Below are positions 48,381 to 60,500 of a DNA stretch of 64,000 bases, piece by piece (within the stretch, counting starts at the first letter, position 1; the number at the start of each line of letters is the position of its first letter). The notes under the pieces were generated by a model. The model was not told the origin of the DNA and searched no databases. It worked only from the letters and a program-made list of their open reading frames with translations. Position numbers and translations under genes: made by a program. The stretch is from Eremomyces bilateralis CBS 781.70 (Eukaryota): NCBI GenBank assembly GCA_010015585.1, contig ML975162.1; one strand, written 5' to 3'.

Positions 48381-49459
48381 ATGGGTAAGTTGCTGAATCC
48401 TTTCATACACTATCAAGCGTTGCTTTAGGATATTCCGGACCCAGAAGAGGAGGATAGACACTTTCGTACCGTACCGAACGTCCCTCGAAGCCCGACTCGA
48501 AGTCATGGAGCGAACCATGAACCATGAACCAGAATGCAAATGCTCAAAAGAATAGGCGATACCAGGCCTCATTGGAGACTCCGAGTTACATTGCCAGCTT
48601 ACTATCTGTAATTGCTGAATGGCAGTCGAAATTGAGTTGATTCAATCATTCGAACGCAGTTGGGATACTTCAATGTGTACCGACACCCATATCCGCCTTA
48701 CCTTCGATTTCGAGCGACATTCTGCGACCAAATAATTCGAAAATGATGTGATACATGAACTGGGCCGGAAACCATTGCTCATTTCTTGGATTCACCGCTA
48801 CTGCATGACAATTGTACTGATAGTGTCCTCAGGTCGGCTGCAGGAATACCAAGTCATCGGGCGGCACTTGCCCTCCGAGGCAAACCCAACTCCCAAGCTC
48901 TACCGCATGCGAATCTTCGCTCCGAACACTGTCGTTGCGAAGTCCCGGTTCTGGTACTTCCTTGCCAAGCTCCGAAAGATCAAGAAGGCCAATGGCGAGA
49001 TCGTCTCTCTGAACGAGGTATGCATGATTAGAATTTTGGGCAGCTAGAGATGGTGGCTGATAGCATGAACAGATCCACGAGAAGCGCCCCCAGAAGGTCA
49101 AGAACTTCGGCATCTGGATCCGTTACGATTCACGATCCGGTACCCATAACATGTACAAGGAGTACCGCGAGATGTCAAGGACCGAGGCCGTCGACGCTTT
49201 GTACCAGGACATGGCTGCCAGACATCGTGCTCGTTTCCGATCAATCCACGTATGCGGCACTATGCTATCCTCACTCGAATGATTGACTGACAATTCCCAG
49301 GTCCTCCGTGTTGTGGAGATCGAGAAGACCGACGACATCCGCCGCCCGTACATGAAGCAGCTCCTCACCAAGGACCTGAAATTCCCCCTCCCTCACCGCG
49401 TCAACAAGTCTACCGCCAACCGTCTGTTCGCGGCCAACCGGCCCTCGACCTTCTTCTAA
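48381..49459 (+). CDS. RPL20: 60S ribosomal protein L20 / eL20 (exons 48381-48384, 48833-49017, 49073-49249, 49301-49459)
   Basis: [45 protein letters not shown]...[24 protein letters not shown]...[14 protein letters not shown]...FPLPHR...RPSTFF*. Confidence 0.98.
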
Positions 49460-49614
49460 AATGGACATGGGGAGTTCAACTGCGGGTTTCCGTTTTCGTA
49501 TCATATTGCATGGCATGGCATGTGTGTGACGTAGATTAGCGACGTCAATCAAAATGGAACCAATTCACGATACAAACAAATGCTGCGAATTTTGAAATTC
49601 TATGATTGCCACTT

Positions 49615-49654
49615 GATACAATGGATACAATGGATACAACGGATACACTGGATA
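49615..49654. repeat. 9-bp tandem repeat GATACAATG, about 4.5 degenerate copies, between the convergent RPL20 and hydratase genes
   Basis: gatacaatg gatacaatg gatacaacg gatacactg gata. Confidence 0.85.
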
Positions 49655-49660
49655 ACTAAT

Positions 49661-50767
49661 TTAAATCTTAGGCTTATACTGGTAGCCGACCGGCTTGGCG
49701 CCGCGAACGACATCAATGGGTTCCCACCAGGGGTACGAAACCGGACCGTCGTCCTCCAAAGTGCCCTTGAAGTTGACCTGGCGCTTCTCCATGAATGACG
49801 CAACACCCTCCTTGTTGTCCCTATAACACCGTCAGTGGAAGGCCGCGTAGGTTATGTTCAGACGTGACTTACGGGTTGCTAAACATCTCGAAAATAAGCT
49901 TAGAATCCAATAAATGGGTCCCCTCTGCGGACCCCGGATTCCGATACATCAATTCCCTCATCAAATGCGTGCTCACCACACTCGTATTCTTCACGATCTC
50001 ATCCGCGATCTCCAGCGCGCGCGGGAGCACCTTCTCCGGCGCGTCCAGCGTCTCGCTGAACAGGTCGCCGAAGAGCTTGTCATCGGCGCGGTAGGTCGCG
50101 CCGGTGGTGACAAGGTGCAGGGCCCGCGACATGCCGATCAGCCGCGGCAGGAAGAAGGCGCTGCACGCCTCCATGATCAAGCCGCGGCGCGCGAACACGA
50201 AGCCGATCTTCGCTTGCGCATACACGATGCGGATCGTCATCGGGAGGGTCATGGTGATGCCGACGCCGACGGCGGAGCCTTGCATGGCGGCGATAGTGGG
50301 CTTACGGCAGCGGTGGATGGCGAGGGAGCAACGGCCGCCACTGTGGAGTGGGAGTTAGCATGGTGGAAAAGTCCATAGCGTATTCAATAGATCAGGAAAC
50401 AAGGGGATTTCTGGTGGAACGAAGAAGTATAAAAAAAAATGTACCCGTCACGGTGGTCGCTCGGCTTCTCATATCCGCCCTTGAACGAGGTCTCCAGATC
50501 GGCTCCGGCGCAAAATATCCGGCCATCACCAGTGGTGATGACACACTTGACGCGGTCGTCGAGGTCGAACCATTGGAACGCCTGCTCGACCTCATCCATC
50601 ATGGTCTCGGTGAAGGCATTGTACTTGCCCGGGCGGTACAGCGTGAAGATGACGATGGGGGTCACTTCCGCTGATGACGCCGGGTAGTGGGAGATCTTGG
50701 TATGCTTGAAGCCCACATTCTGATAGCTCTTGGGGATCGCGACGTGTGGTGGAGGGGCGCCAGGCAT
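49661..50767 (-). CDS. Enoyl-CoA hydratase/isomerase (crotonase) family protein, probably peroxisomal (exons 50767-50445, 50340-49873, 49820-49661)
   Basis: LYRPGKYNAFT, ITTGDGRIFCAGADL, IHRCRKPTIAAMQGSAVGVGITMTLP, GFVFARRGLIMEACS, EGVASFMEKR. Ends in PTS1-like -PKI*. Confidence 0.92.
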
Positions 50768-51630
50768 GATGACGGTTTTGGGGGGTTATTTTATGAATTG
50801 AATAGGTACTGTACTTTGCAAAAAAAGAATGCAAGAGATCAAATGACAGCGAGATAAATAGCAATGGCGGAAGAAACAGCCCTCACATCGAGCAAGAATA
50901 AGAACCAAAACACCCGCAGGCACACCGTCGCCATCCACGACACGCATCATGGCCTCGGTTGCAGAGGGGGTTCAGGATGGTTTGCCGAAACTAGGAACCC
51001 GTGCGACTGTTCCCTCACTCCACGCGGGGACTCGGTTCTTCCTAGGGCTTGCCGACCATTGGATGAGAGGGGGAGCTTAATTCTCATGTGGAGTTACAGT
51101 TGAGACTTGAGAGAGCTACATCGTAAATGTCTGAGAAGACTCGTAAGTCGTATTGTCGTATAACGCATTGAGATGGGTATGGGGTCGCAGATTTAATTTA
51201 TTTTAATTGTCCTGCATAGAAGCAGAACACTACAACTGAATGAACATGAAGGAGCGGAAGCAGAAGTGTGTTCTCAGGCCACAAGGCGAACATATTCACA
51301 TCACATCTGATCAATCGTCCAGACTTCATCTGTTCATCATGTTCCACCAGACTCTTGTTACCAGAAATGAGGGAGAGACCTGGGGGACTGTCTGGTTGCC
51401 TCTGTAGTCACTGTTATTATGGAGGAGCTGTAGGTTAACCGGGTATTCATAGCCCCTCATCCAGGTCGATTGATGCTCCTTCGCCCCGATCTAAAGCTGT
51501 TCTTTTTTCTATCATCGTAACATTCCCTCCTCTCAACGCTCGCCTCTCGCCAGTACTCCAGTCATTCTACCATCCAAAAGTCAACCTCATTCCTCCTCAT
51601 CCAGTCTCCTCACCCAATCCATCCCCAACC

Positions 51631-52437
51631 ATGTCCCTCACCTCCCTCGCCCGCACCTCCTCCCCCCTCCTCGGCGCCTACATCTCCTTCCCCTCCCCTT
51701 TCTCCGCCCACCTCCTCTCCCGCCTCTCCTTCCCCTGGGCCCTCATTGACATGGAACACGCGCCCCTCTCCCCCGCCACCATGACCTCCCTCGTCCACGC
51801 CATCGCCGCTGGCTCCCGAAATGCCACCCTCCCCCTCGTCCGCATCCCCTCGCACGCCGTCGAATGGGTCAAGTGGGCGCTGGACTCTGGCGCCGCAGGG
51901 ATTGTTGCACCGATGGTGCAGTGCGCGGAGGAGGCAGCGGCATTGGTGAGGCATGCAAGGTATCCGCCGGAAGGATGGCGGAGCGTAGGGCCGTTCCAGG
52001 CGGGGGGCGCGGATGTGACGGGGGAAGGGGGAGTGGGGGCGTATTTGGCGAAGGCGGGTAGGGAGGATGGGGTGGATTTGATTGTGATGATTGAGAGTGT
52101 GTTGGGAGTGGAGAATTCGGGGGAGATTATGCGGACGAAGGGAGTGAGTGGGGTGTTTGTTGGGCCGGTGGATTTGAGGGCGAGTTTGGGGTTGCCGGGG
52201 TCGCATGGGGAAGAGGAGGTATACATGAAGGCGTTGGAGAGGGTGATAAGGGTGGGGAAGGAGATCGGGATGCCGGTGGGGATCTTCTCGACTGGTGGAG
52301 AGGCGTTGAAGGCGCATGTTAAGATGGGGTTCTCGTTCATGCTAGTCACTGGAGATGTGATGGCATTGACCGAAGGCGCCAGTGCTGCGCTCCGAATCTC
52401 GATGCAGATCGTCAATGAATTGAAGACGTCACAGTAG
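51631..52437 (+). CDS. HpcH/HpaI aldolase-family protein, intronless
   Basis: WALIDMEHAP, LPLVRIP, VKWALDSGAAGIVAPMV, RYPPEGWRSVG, VMIESVLGVEN, FVGPVDLRASLG. Confidence 0.93.
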   Translation: MSLTSLARTSSPLLGAYISFPSPFSAHLLSRLSFPWALIDMEHAPLSPATMTSLVHAIAAGSRNATLPLVRIPSHAVEWVKWALDSGAAGIVAPMVQCAEEAAALVRHARYPPEGWRSVGPFQAGGADVTGEGGVGAYLAKAGREDGVDLIVMIESVLGVENSGEIMRTKGVSGVFVGPVDLRASLGLPGSHGEEEVYMKALERVIRVGKEIGMPVGIFSTGGEALKAHVKMGFSFMLVTGDVMALTEGASAALRISMQIVNELKTSQ

Positions 52438-52824
52438 GGAACGGATAAAACTATTAGATTAACTTGTCACGATCTATACGATTGACCATTGTACCCAATG
52501 AAGTGTACAGGATCGTTGCCTGCGGGTATCATAAATACACTGGCCACTCTTTGGCCTGGAAGCGGAGATCCCAAATGAAAAACCGCCAACGCCTTGCTAA
52601 ATGTGATTCAAATCGAATATACGTCGGTCCCAGATGCATTGCAGTAAGTTCCCTCTCACATGTGCCATCGCCTTCTGCTTCAGGCGCGTGCTGGCACTGA
52701 GGTGGGCGATGATGCTGGCTCCATCTCGTTGGCGACTACCGCCACCACCTGCGATATCAGCAGTTTGAAGCGGCCTCTAATTTCAGTGCGAAACACCCCT
52801 CCTCGAGCACAGAAGGAGACGGAA

Positions 52825-54249
52825 TCAGTCCAACAACGGCTTCCTTCCATAGACAACCGATCTACCCCGACAATTAGTAGCTGAGCATTGAATCGTATAT
52901 TAGACGTGAGGCATGATGTACGTACCCTGGGAGGAATGCCTGAACACTGGTATCTTTCAGCTGTTTCTTCATATCCTCCAAGAACTTTTGCGCTCCGTCA
53001 TACGACCAGCCGCCCACTGTCGTCAACAGCCGTAACATGAAGCCCTCGACGCCATCATGCATCCTTAACTGGTTCCATTTTCCAAGCTCCTTAAGCTTGG
53101 GGTCCTTACTCCAGCCATTCATCGGCCAAACGAACGGGACTTCATGAACGTCCACGAACCCCGCTCGTTCCATCCTTCCCTTCACCTCGTCCCAAATAGC
53201 GAACGACTTCCCAAACACTTCTCCCATCCGTACCACGGTATTTCCCCACGTCGTATAGAAATGCTCCGGCCCAACGCCCCCGTCATCGCTGATCGGCCGC
53301 ACACTATGCTCGAGCACCTCGACCCATCCGCCCGGCCGCGTGGCCTTATGGGCTTGCGCCAAGAAGAAATCCCAGTCGGGGATGCTGCCGAACATCTCGC
53401 GGATGTGGATGAAGTCGAAGTGGTCCTCGGGATAGGTCCACTCGACGGTGGCGTCGTCGATCTCGAAGGTGCAGTTGGGGGGGATGAATTCGGGTTGGAT
53501 GGGGGAGAGGTCTGTGCCGATGACGGAGGCGGAGGGGTAGGCATCGGCGATGTCGATGGCCCAGATGCCGGTGCCGGTACCGACGTCGAGGATTTGCTGA
53601 GGGGTGGGATCGATGGGTGAAAGGTGGAGTTTGCCGTCGAGAGTGAGGAGGTACATGTGGTGGGATTGGTCCTGCATTTCGTTGGCTTGCTCGTCGTTCG
53701 GCCCCTAGACGATGGAATCAGAACAGTTGGCCCCGTGTATCAATCTCGTCGCCTCGATCATACCCAGTAGGCGCCATCTTTGTATGCATGATATCTTCTG
53801 CCGTTTTCGTACTGATAGTTGGTGATATAGCTCGCTAAGGTGCGAGCATCCTCCCCAATTAAACTCTCCGAATCGTATGCGCTATCGGCGTATCGCCTCT
53901 CCAGTGATCGAGGTGTTACTATATCAAACGGCGCTGGGAAAGAACTGGTGCCGGTCTCTGCGCTGCCCAATGTCTGATGAGCTAGCTGTGCAAACAATGC
54001 ATGGGCTTGTGATTGCTGGACTTCGGTCGTCCCGTTTCCATTATCGTGCGGTGTGTCTAGTTGTAATTGGAAGGGCGGTATTGGAAGGTGTGGATGCGCT
54101 TCGTACGGGGAGGGAGGTATTGATGAATCTTCTTGCTGTATCTGCATGACGTCCCTGGGGAGGCGGTCTGATTCTTGACAATGTATTGATTCCGAATAGG
54201 ACACATCCGTATGGAAGGGAGCCTCTCCAGCGGCCGATGCCGTTATCAT
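52825..54249 (-). CDS. SAM-dependent methyltransferase, LaeA-like/TAM-domain family (exons 54249-53764, 53704-52926, 52861-52825)
   Basis: YQYENGRRYHAYKDGAYWGPNDEQ, ILDVGTGTGIWAIDIAD, VIGTDLSPIQP, FDFIHIR, RPGGWVE, AGFVDV, VYGRKP. Start codon less certain. Confidence 0.92.
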
Positions 54250-57200
54250 GGTTGATGGCGTCCGTGGAAATTCTCCACTTGGTGTCCTTCAACCCCACCT
54301 ATTATTCGGGGGAATATGAATTGTGACCCATCATTCGGACAACAGTGACGGTCAAATATGCTCTGCCTGGATATTCGGCGACGATCGAGCAATGATAACG
54401 GTGGGACTCAGTATAAGCCAGAGGAATACACAGCGCTGGCCAGAACTGGCCACACCTGGCGATACTCAAGCTTTAATAAGGAAACTGTAATACCAGAAGA
54501 GGAAATAGATGCTCCTGCGCCAAATGCAAGTGGTAAAACGGCGCATATTGAAACCGTTCCATGACGCGATGACCCATCTGCTTTCTGCGTCAATGACCAA
54601 TGAGGCGGGAACTGGAATAAGCACTCTAAATTCTAATAGGCATTAAGTTAGCTATTCCGTATTACTGATGGTCCCAGACTTCAGTAGACGCCACGCCGTT
54701 AGTCCATAAAAGCCAGTACAAACCCCCTGCCACGAGCCGACATGATTGAATGACGGAGACTTGAGGAAGATATATTTGGCCCGGCTTCTTCGGTTCATCA
54801 GGCAAACGAACACGAAGGCACGGAAAAGTCTCCGGACAGTTTTAGAATATTGCGAGAAGTCCGAATAAACGAGGGCATGAGTCGCTGAACCATCACTCAA
54901 GAAGCGAGGCGGTTTTGGGTGTCGTGGTATCAGAGCGAGGTTGATGATGCGAGGCGTATCCGTACGATATTCCATATCTCTCTATCCGTACCGAAAATAA
55001 CACCGACTTAATACTTAGGAGTTAATGGTGGGAGTAGGAGTGGGTGACATCCGGTTGCCATCCGGTTGTCGTCCGAATACACTCATTCAATCAGTTATTT
55101 ATGTACCAGACCTGGCGCTTGGGACGTTTCGAAGGATTGCATCCTGGCCCCTGGGAATCCTTCAAGCCTTCACAATTCACATCGTCGACTGCTGTGGGCT
55201 GTTCCGTGAATGATTGATGGATCATATGTACGGTACTAGGTAGCATCCGAGTATCCGACAATCAGATGAACTGAGACACCGTCGCGCTGCCGCGCATGTC
55301 ATTAACGTTGCATTTTGCATACTTCTACTATTATCTTGTTTAACTTGCACTTAATAGCTACCATGTGTGTTTTATGATTTATTTTGCGAGGGCTGTTTAA
55401 CAACTGCCCTCCTGTCTATGGAAAGAGCTTGGAGTAACCGGGAGTAACTCCAGCATGTCCTCAATCTATTCGTCCAGTCAGGACAAACCTCAACTGAGCG
55501 CTGAATTAGATGGGGAAAAGGTCAGACACCTTCCTGTGGGTACTCACTACTACTAGACAAGCATTAATCAGCGAGACACCAATTATCATATGTGATATTA
55601 TGCGATTCTGGGATCGAGCAAGGTCCCGTCAGGCGTCAGGCGTAAGCACACTCAATTCCGAATTCACAAGAAATACCACGAACCCCCAGTCCACATCGTT
55701 TCCCCTGACCGCTTCCATCCGTCTGAGCTCTCAACCCTGACACTCTGACTTGGGAGGCAGCACTATGCAGTATGTAAATTGGAAGAGGAAATAAACCGGC
55801 CAAGCTTCGCGTCCAGCTTGAACACATGGATGCTCCTGCTAGCAGTCAATCATCTGGCGCTTGTCACGCCATGAAGAGTCGGAACCACTTGGATTGAATG
55901 GCAAGGTTCACAATATCTGTTGGGGGAGGCGTGTCATGCTCACCGACATTACCTATCCTTTGATATCGCCTCATCCTCTCAGGCCAACAACCTGCTAATA
56001 CGCTATCTGACTGGTTACCTATTTGATTGATCTGAATGGAGTTGTACGGCATACCAGTGAACCGGTGGTCACTAATACAAGACGGTTCTTGCCGTTATGA
56101 AATCATCGTGAAGGATCATCAAGCTTGTTTAGGATCCGATCGCCGTTAGGGTTCCGCATCCTTTGCTGAAAATTCGAACACGATCTGAATCCTTCAGCGG
56201 CAATCCCCATTGCGGCGGGCCATGCATCATCTGTGCAAAACTAGGAATCCAATCCTGCCGTACCAGCGCGTGCGGTTGATTGGGTACTTATTCATGCTTT
56301 ACGCTCGCTGTGCGGCACAGTCGCGACGTACGTACTATTCCGTACGCAAGTACTAACTACCAAGTACCAACTACCCAGATCTTAGTATCCCTCTCGTGAG
56401 TCTCGGCTCTCGTTGTCTCGTGCCCAACCTCCGGGACTAGAAATAGCTACCTCTCCATGATCTTGGCTGAAGATGGAATCGTGAAAGAATGGACCGAACG
56501 TCCTCGTCTTCCGTTCTCCTCTAGGGCAAAGATCACTTAGACCATTTCCGGCGGACTGCACAGAGCGTCAGAGGCCCAGAGCTAGCTGTATTATAGCTTG
56601 GATACTGAACACCAAAGTGCTGACCGAAGGATATAGCACCAGACTCGCATCTGTTCATGCGATCGACGGGGGCTGAAACTAGGCCGTGAGCCTTTTCGAT
56701 GAAGGTTTTCGCGTTAGCCACGGTGAGAAACAGGTGGACCATGCGCATGGCAGCTACTTTAGGACCTAGGTAAGGAGTGGGCACAAGTGACAAGACGAGC
56801 TCCTTGCACCAGGCCAAATAGAGCTGCGAGGTTGAAACTTGAGGTGCGCAGGATTATGAGAATGCAAGCGTCTGGACACCATGGTAGGAATGTAGGATCG
56901 TCCGAAAGCGCCCCATTGCACCTATGGCGTGAGCTTGGAGACTTGGACACCAGGCCACCATCCTTCAAGACAATCATCAGATTCCAGGATGACGTTCTGA
57001 AGACGCCCTCATCAGCGCTGGAAGATGGATGCCCGGAACCAGTTGTCTACAGCATCTTTGATTCAGATTCCAGAAGGAAGTGCTCCGATCACGCATCATA
57101 TCACCCAGCAACGCAATTTGATATCGTCAATTCCTCCACCGCAGCAGGACAATCTTGCCGCCCCTAGATACACATTCAAACCCCGGTCGTGCTCGATCGT

Positions 57201-57526
57201 CCCATCGTCAATTACGCAGCAATGGCCACCCCAAGAATTACCTGCATTTGACACCCGCCAGTCCCTGCCAGGCGTGCCAGCATGACCAACCCACACATAG
57301 GAAAACACCCAAGACTAGTTTTGCGAAGCAGAGGAAACGCAGCAAACGAATGGATGCACGGCGACTGTGGCCGGTGCTACAGATTTTGGTAAGAAAAGAA
57401 AATCATCGGATGCGCTGGTCGCCGACTGCCAAAGTGAGGGTCCAGAATCCAGATGATCAAATTCGACCGCGTGCGAAAGTTGGTAAACAGAAGAGAGGGA
57501 AAACCAAAAGAAAATGACGGCTGCGA

Positions 57527-60500
57527 TTAAGCGCTTGCTTGTGCTGATTTTTCCACCGCCGGTGGAACCGACCGGGAATGATGATGATGAGCATGATTCG
57601 ATCCCGAGCGGCGACTGGCACGGCTTGCAAAGCTGTTGGGGCGCGACGCCCGAGACAAGGAGCCGACATCATGTTTACCTAAAACCGGACTGTTAGCAAA
57701 AGCACGCTGGAAGGGAGACGGGGAGGGTGGATGCCGAACTTACCGTCACAACAAGCGCGCACGTTCTCCAGCCGATCAGCGTCCCGTTCCTGCTTCTCAA
57801 TCACCTGCCGCAGGTCCTCCATGCTATCATGCATCACGCTGGCATCGTAAATCGACTCCTCAGGCAGGGCGGCTCGACTGTGCCTACTGGAGAACGACCC
57901 TCGGAGCGATGCCGGGTTGCGCAGCATGGTGCCGATTGTGCTGAAACGACTCGAGGAGGAAGGGGTCTTCGCCACGCGGCTGGCCTGTCCCGGGGGATGT
58001 CGCGCTTTGAGCGTGACGCTTCCGAGTTGCGGAGAGGAGGTCATGGTCGTCCGACTGTTGTACGAGGATAACGAGGCGCGCGATCGGCCGGTCGCGCGGG
58101 AGCTGCTGCGGCCGTAGGTGGTGGGGTTGAACTCATCGACGTCTTCGGCGGTGAGGTTCGCTTCTTCATCTGTGCGCTCGCTGCCTGTGCGGAGGAGCAG
58201 ATAGGAAAGCGCGTTGAACCAAGTCTCGTGCCGTTGGCTGGTTGGAGCGGTGAATTTGATGCTGCGGCCAGGTGTGATCACAACTAAGCTCTTGCGATGC
58301 AGACCCGGGGGCAGCGGATTGTCGTCGGTCACTACGCGGACCGCCTCGATCGCGACGCTCTTGGCTTTGAGTTGGGTACGTCCTGCGCTCGCGGGATCCT
58401 GCTCGCTCCAGTAGAGCGTCCGAGTGTACGGATGAACCCAGAAGAAGCGACGGTGGCGATTCTCGGACATGTTCGCACTGCCGGCCTTACGGGTGTATTT
58501 CCACAGATATTCTCCGATCATGGTCTGCGTGATGGCTTGGATCATGCGCGGATCGGTCTGCGCGTCCATCATGTCCTGAGCCACGCCCATAGCAGTTCGT
58601 TGGATATTGAACCGTTGGTCCAGCTCGGACGCAAACGAGGATACTGAGGAGCGTCGAGTAGTGACGGGGGAGGAAACCCCGCTTCGGATGCTTTGCGCCG
58701 CTGGTCGTGGAGTAGTTCCGCCTCTTGACCCTGGTGGTTGCTGACCGATGCTTGGAGTTCGCGGCCGCAGTTGAGGAACCTTGTATGCTGAAGCAGGCAT
58801 CATCGGCGGGCCCATAAGACCTGGAGTAGCAGCCGGGGTAGGATTCACTGTAGACGCACGCTGAGCAGCGGCTGCAATCGCCTCCTTATGATCGGACGGA
58901 AGGGGAGGTGGTGACGCTTGTCGACTCCGCACGCTTCCTGCACTACCAGGTCGGCGGCTGGATCGAATCGCCGTGCCTTCGCCGGCGTCGCGTCCTTTCC
59001 GGGGACTCACGTTCCCAAAGACAGCGATTGTGGGCGACGGCGCTCCCTTATTCGGCGATGTACGACTTGTGTTGATAGCCATGTTCTTCGCCGCCATCAT
59101 TTGGTCGATATCCGCCGAAGAGACTTGAGTCTGCGTCGATTCATCAGCGACCTTCACGCGCAATGGTTTCGATACCGCCTCGTTGCTTGAGCCGCGCTCT
59201 GCCAGCCCGGCGTTAGGGTCGATAGCCTGGAATGGTTTCCGTCCATTCCGCGGGCTACTGCCCGTCTCGTCAGGGTCCGTGTTCTCGTCTATCACCCTCG
59301 GGGGTTGGCTTGTCTCATCTTCAATGATCTGAGGTTCTGCATCAACAGGACCACGGCTACGTCCGAATAACGATACGAATCCGCCTGAAGACTTTGACAA
59401 GCCGTCGCCAATAGCCCTATCTTCGGCGGGACGCTTATCTTCCGTGTTAACTGCCGAATCAACCGTCGTTATCCGCCTGGCAGTAGAAGGACGCGGTGGC
59501 TCAACAGGCTCGACCTCCTGCGAAAAGATCGCCGAGACAGATGAGAGGGGAGGTAGCTCCGGAGTTACAGGTCGGACAATCGGCGGAGTAGGCAGCACGA
59601 ATGGCTCGGGATGGGTGCCTTGAGAAACAAGGGATGAAACGCTAAAGGGAGGCAGGACAGGTTTCGGGGGAGCAGGAAACTCGATCGGAGATGTACCGAG
59701 AGTAGACAGAAAAGAGAAGCTAAACTTCTGGGGAGGAGGAGCTGGGATGACGGGCTCAACAGGTTTTGTGTCGATCGATTGGATGGTCGTCGAGGTGAAT
59801 GCCGGTACCTCCACAGGTGTGATCTGCGGCTCAATAGGCTCCGTATCGACAGACTGGATTAGTGTCGAGGAGAGTTTCGGTAATTCCACAGGCGGAAACT
59901 CGGACTCAACAGTCTTCGTTTCGACCGGTGGGGTGGCCGTTGCGATGAGCTTCGGCGCATCCACTGGCGCGACATCCGGCTCGATCGGCGTCGTGTCAAC
60001 GGATAGAAGACCCGTGGACGCGAACTTCGGCACATGCACAGGTGCGATCTCCGGCTCAACAGGCGTCGTGTCGACTGATTGGATAGTCGTCGAGGTGAGC
60101 TTCGGTACATACACAGCCATGACCTCTGGCTCTATAGGCGCCGTGTCAACCGATCGGATAATTGTGGACGTGAGTTTTGGCACATGCATAGGTATGACCT
60201 CTGGCTCGATAGGCTTCGTATCGACCGATTGGATACTCGTCGAGGTGAACTGCGGTACCTTCACCGGCGCGATCTCCACCTCAATAGGGGACGAGTCGAC
60301 GGCGACCAGCGGGACGAATTCCAGTTTGACAGGTTCGGGCTCCGGCTTTTGCTCCAAGGGTTCCGTCATGATCGCTGTATCCGCCATCTCGATAGATCTT
60401 GCCGGCTCTGTAGACGACGCGGAATCAACCATCTTTCGCCTCTGCGTTCCATGCGATCCGGTGGATGGGGTGCGTAGGACCGAACGGCTCGGCGTGTCGT

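Noticed and set aside
1881..52437. ARO8, FAH hydrolase and HpcH aldolase as one aromatic-catabolism cluster
   Set aside because: They are spread over 50 kb and separated by unrelated housekeeping genes.
56457..57167. Possible pseudogene upstream of and in frame with ORF 56787-57167
   Set aside because: About seven stops in 110 codons is near random expectation, and no motif was recognised.
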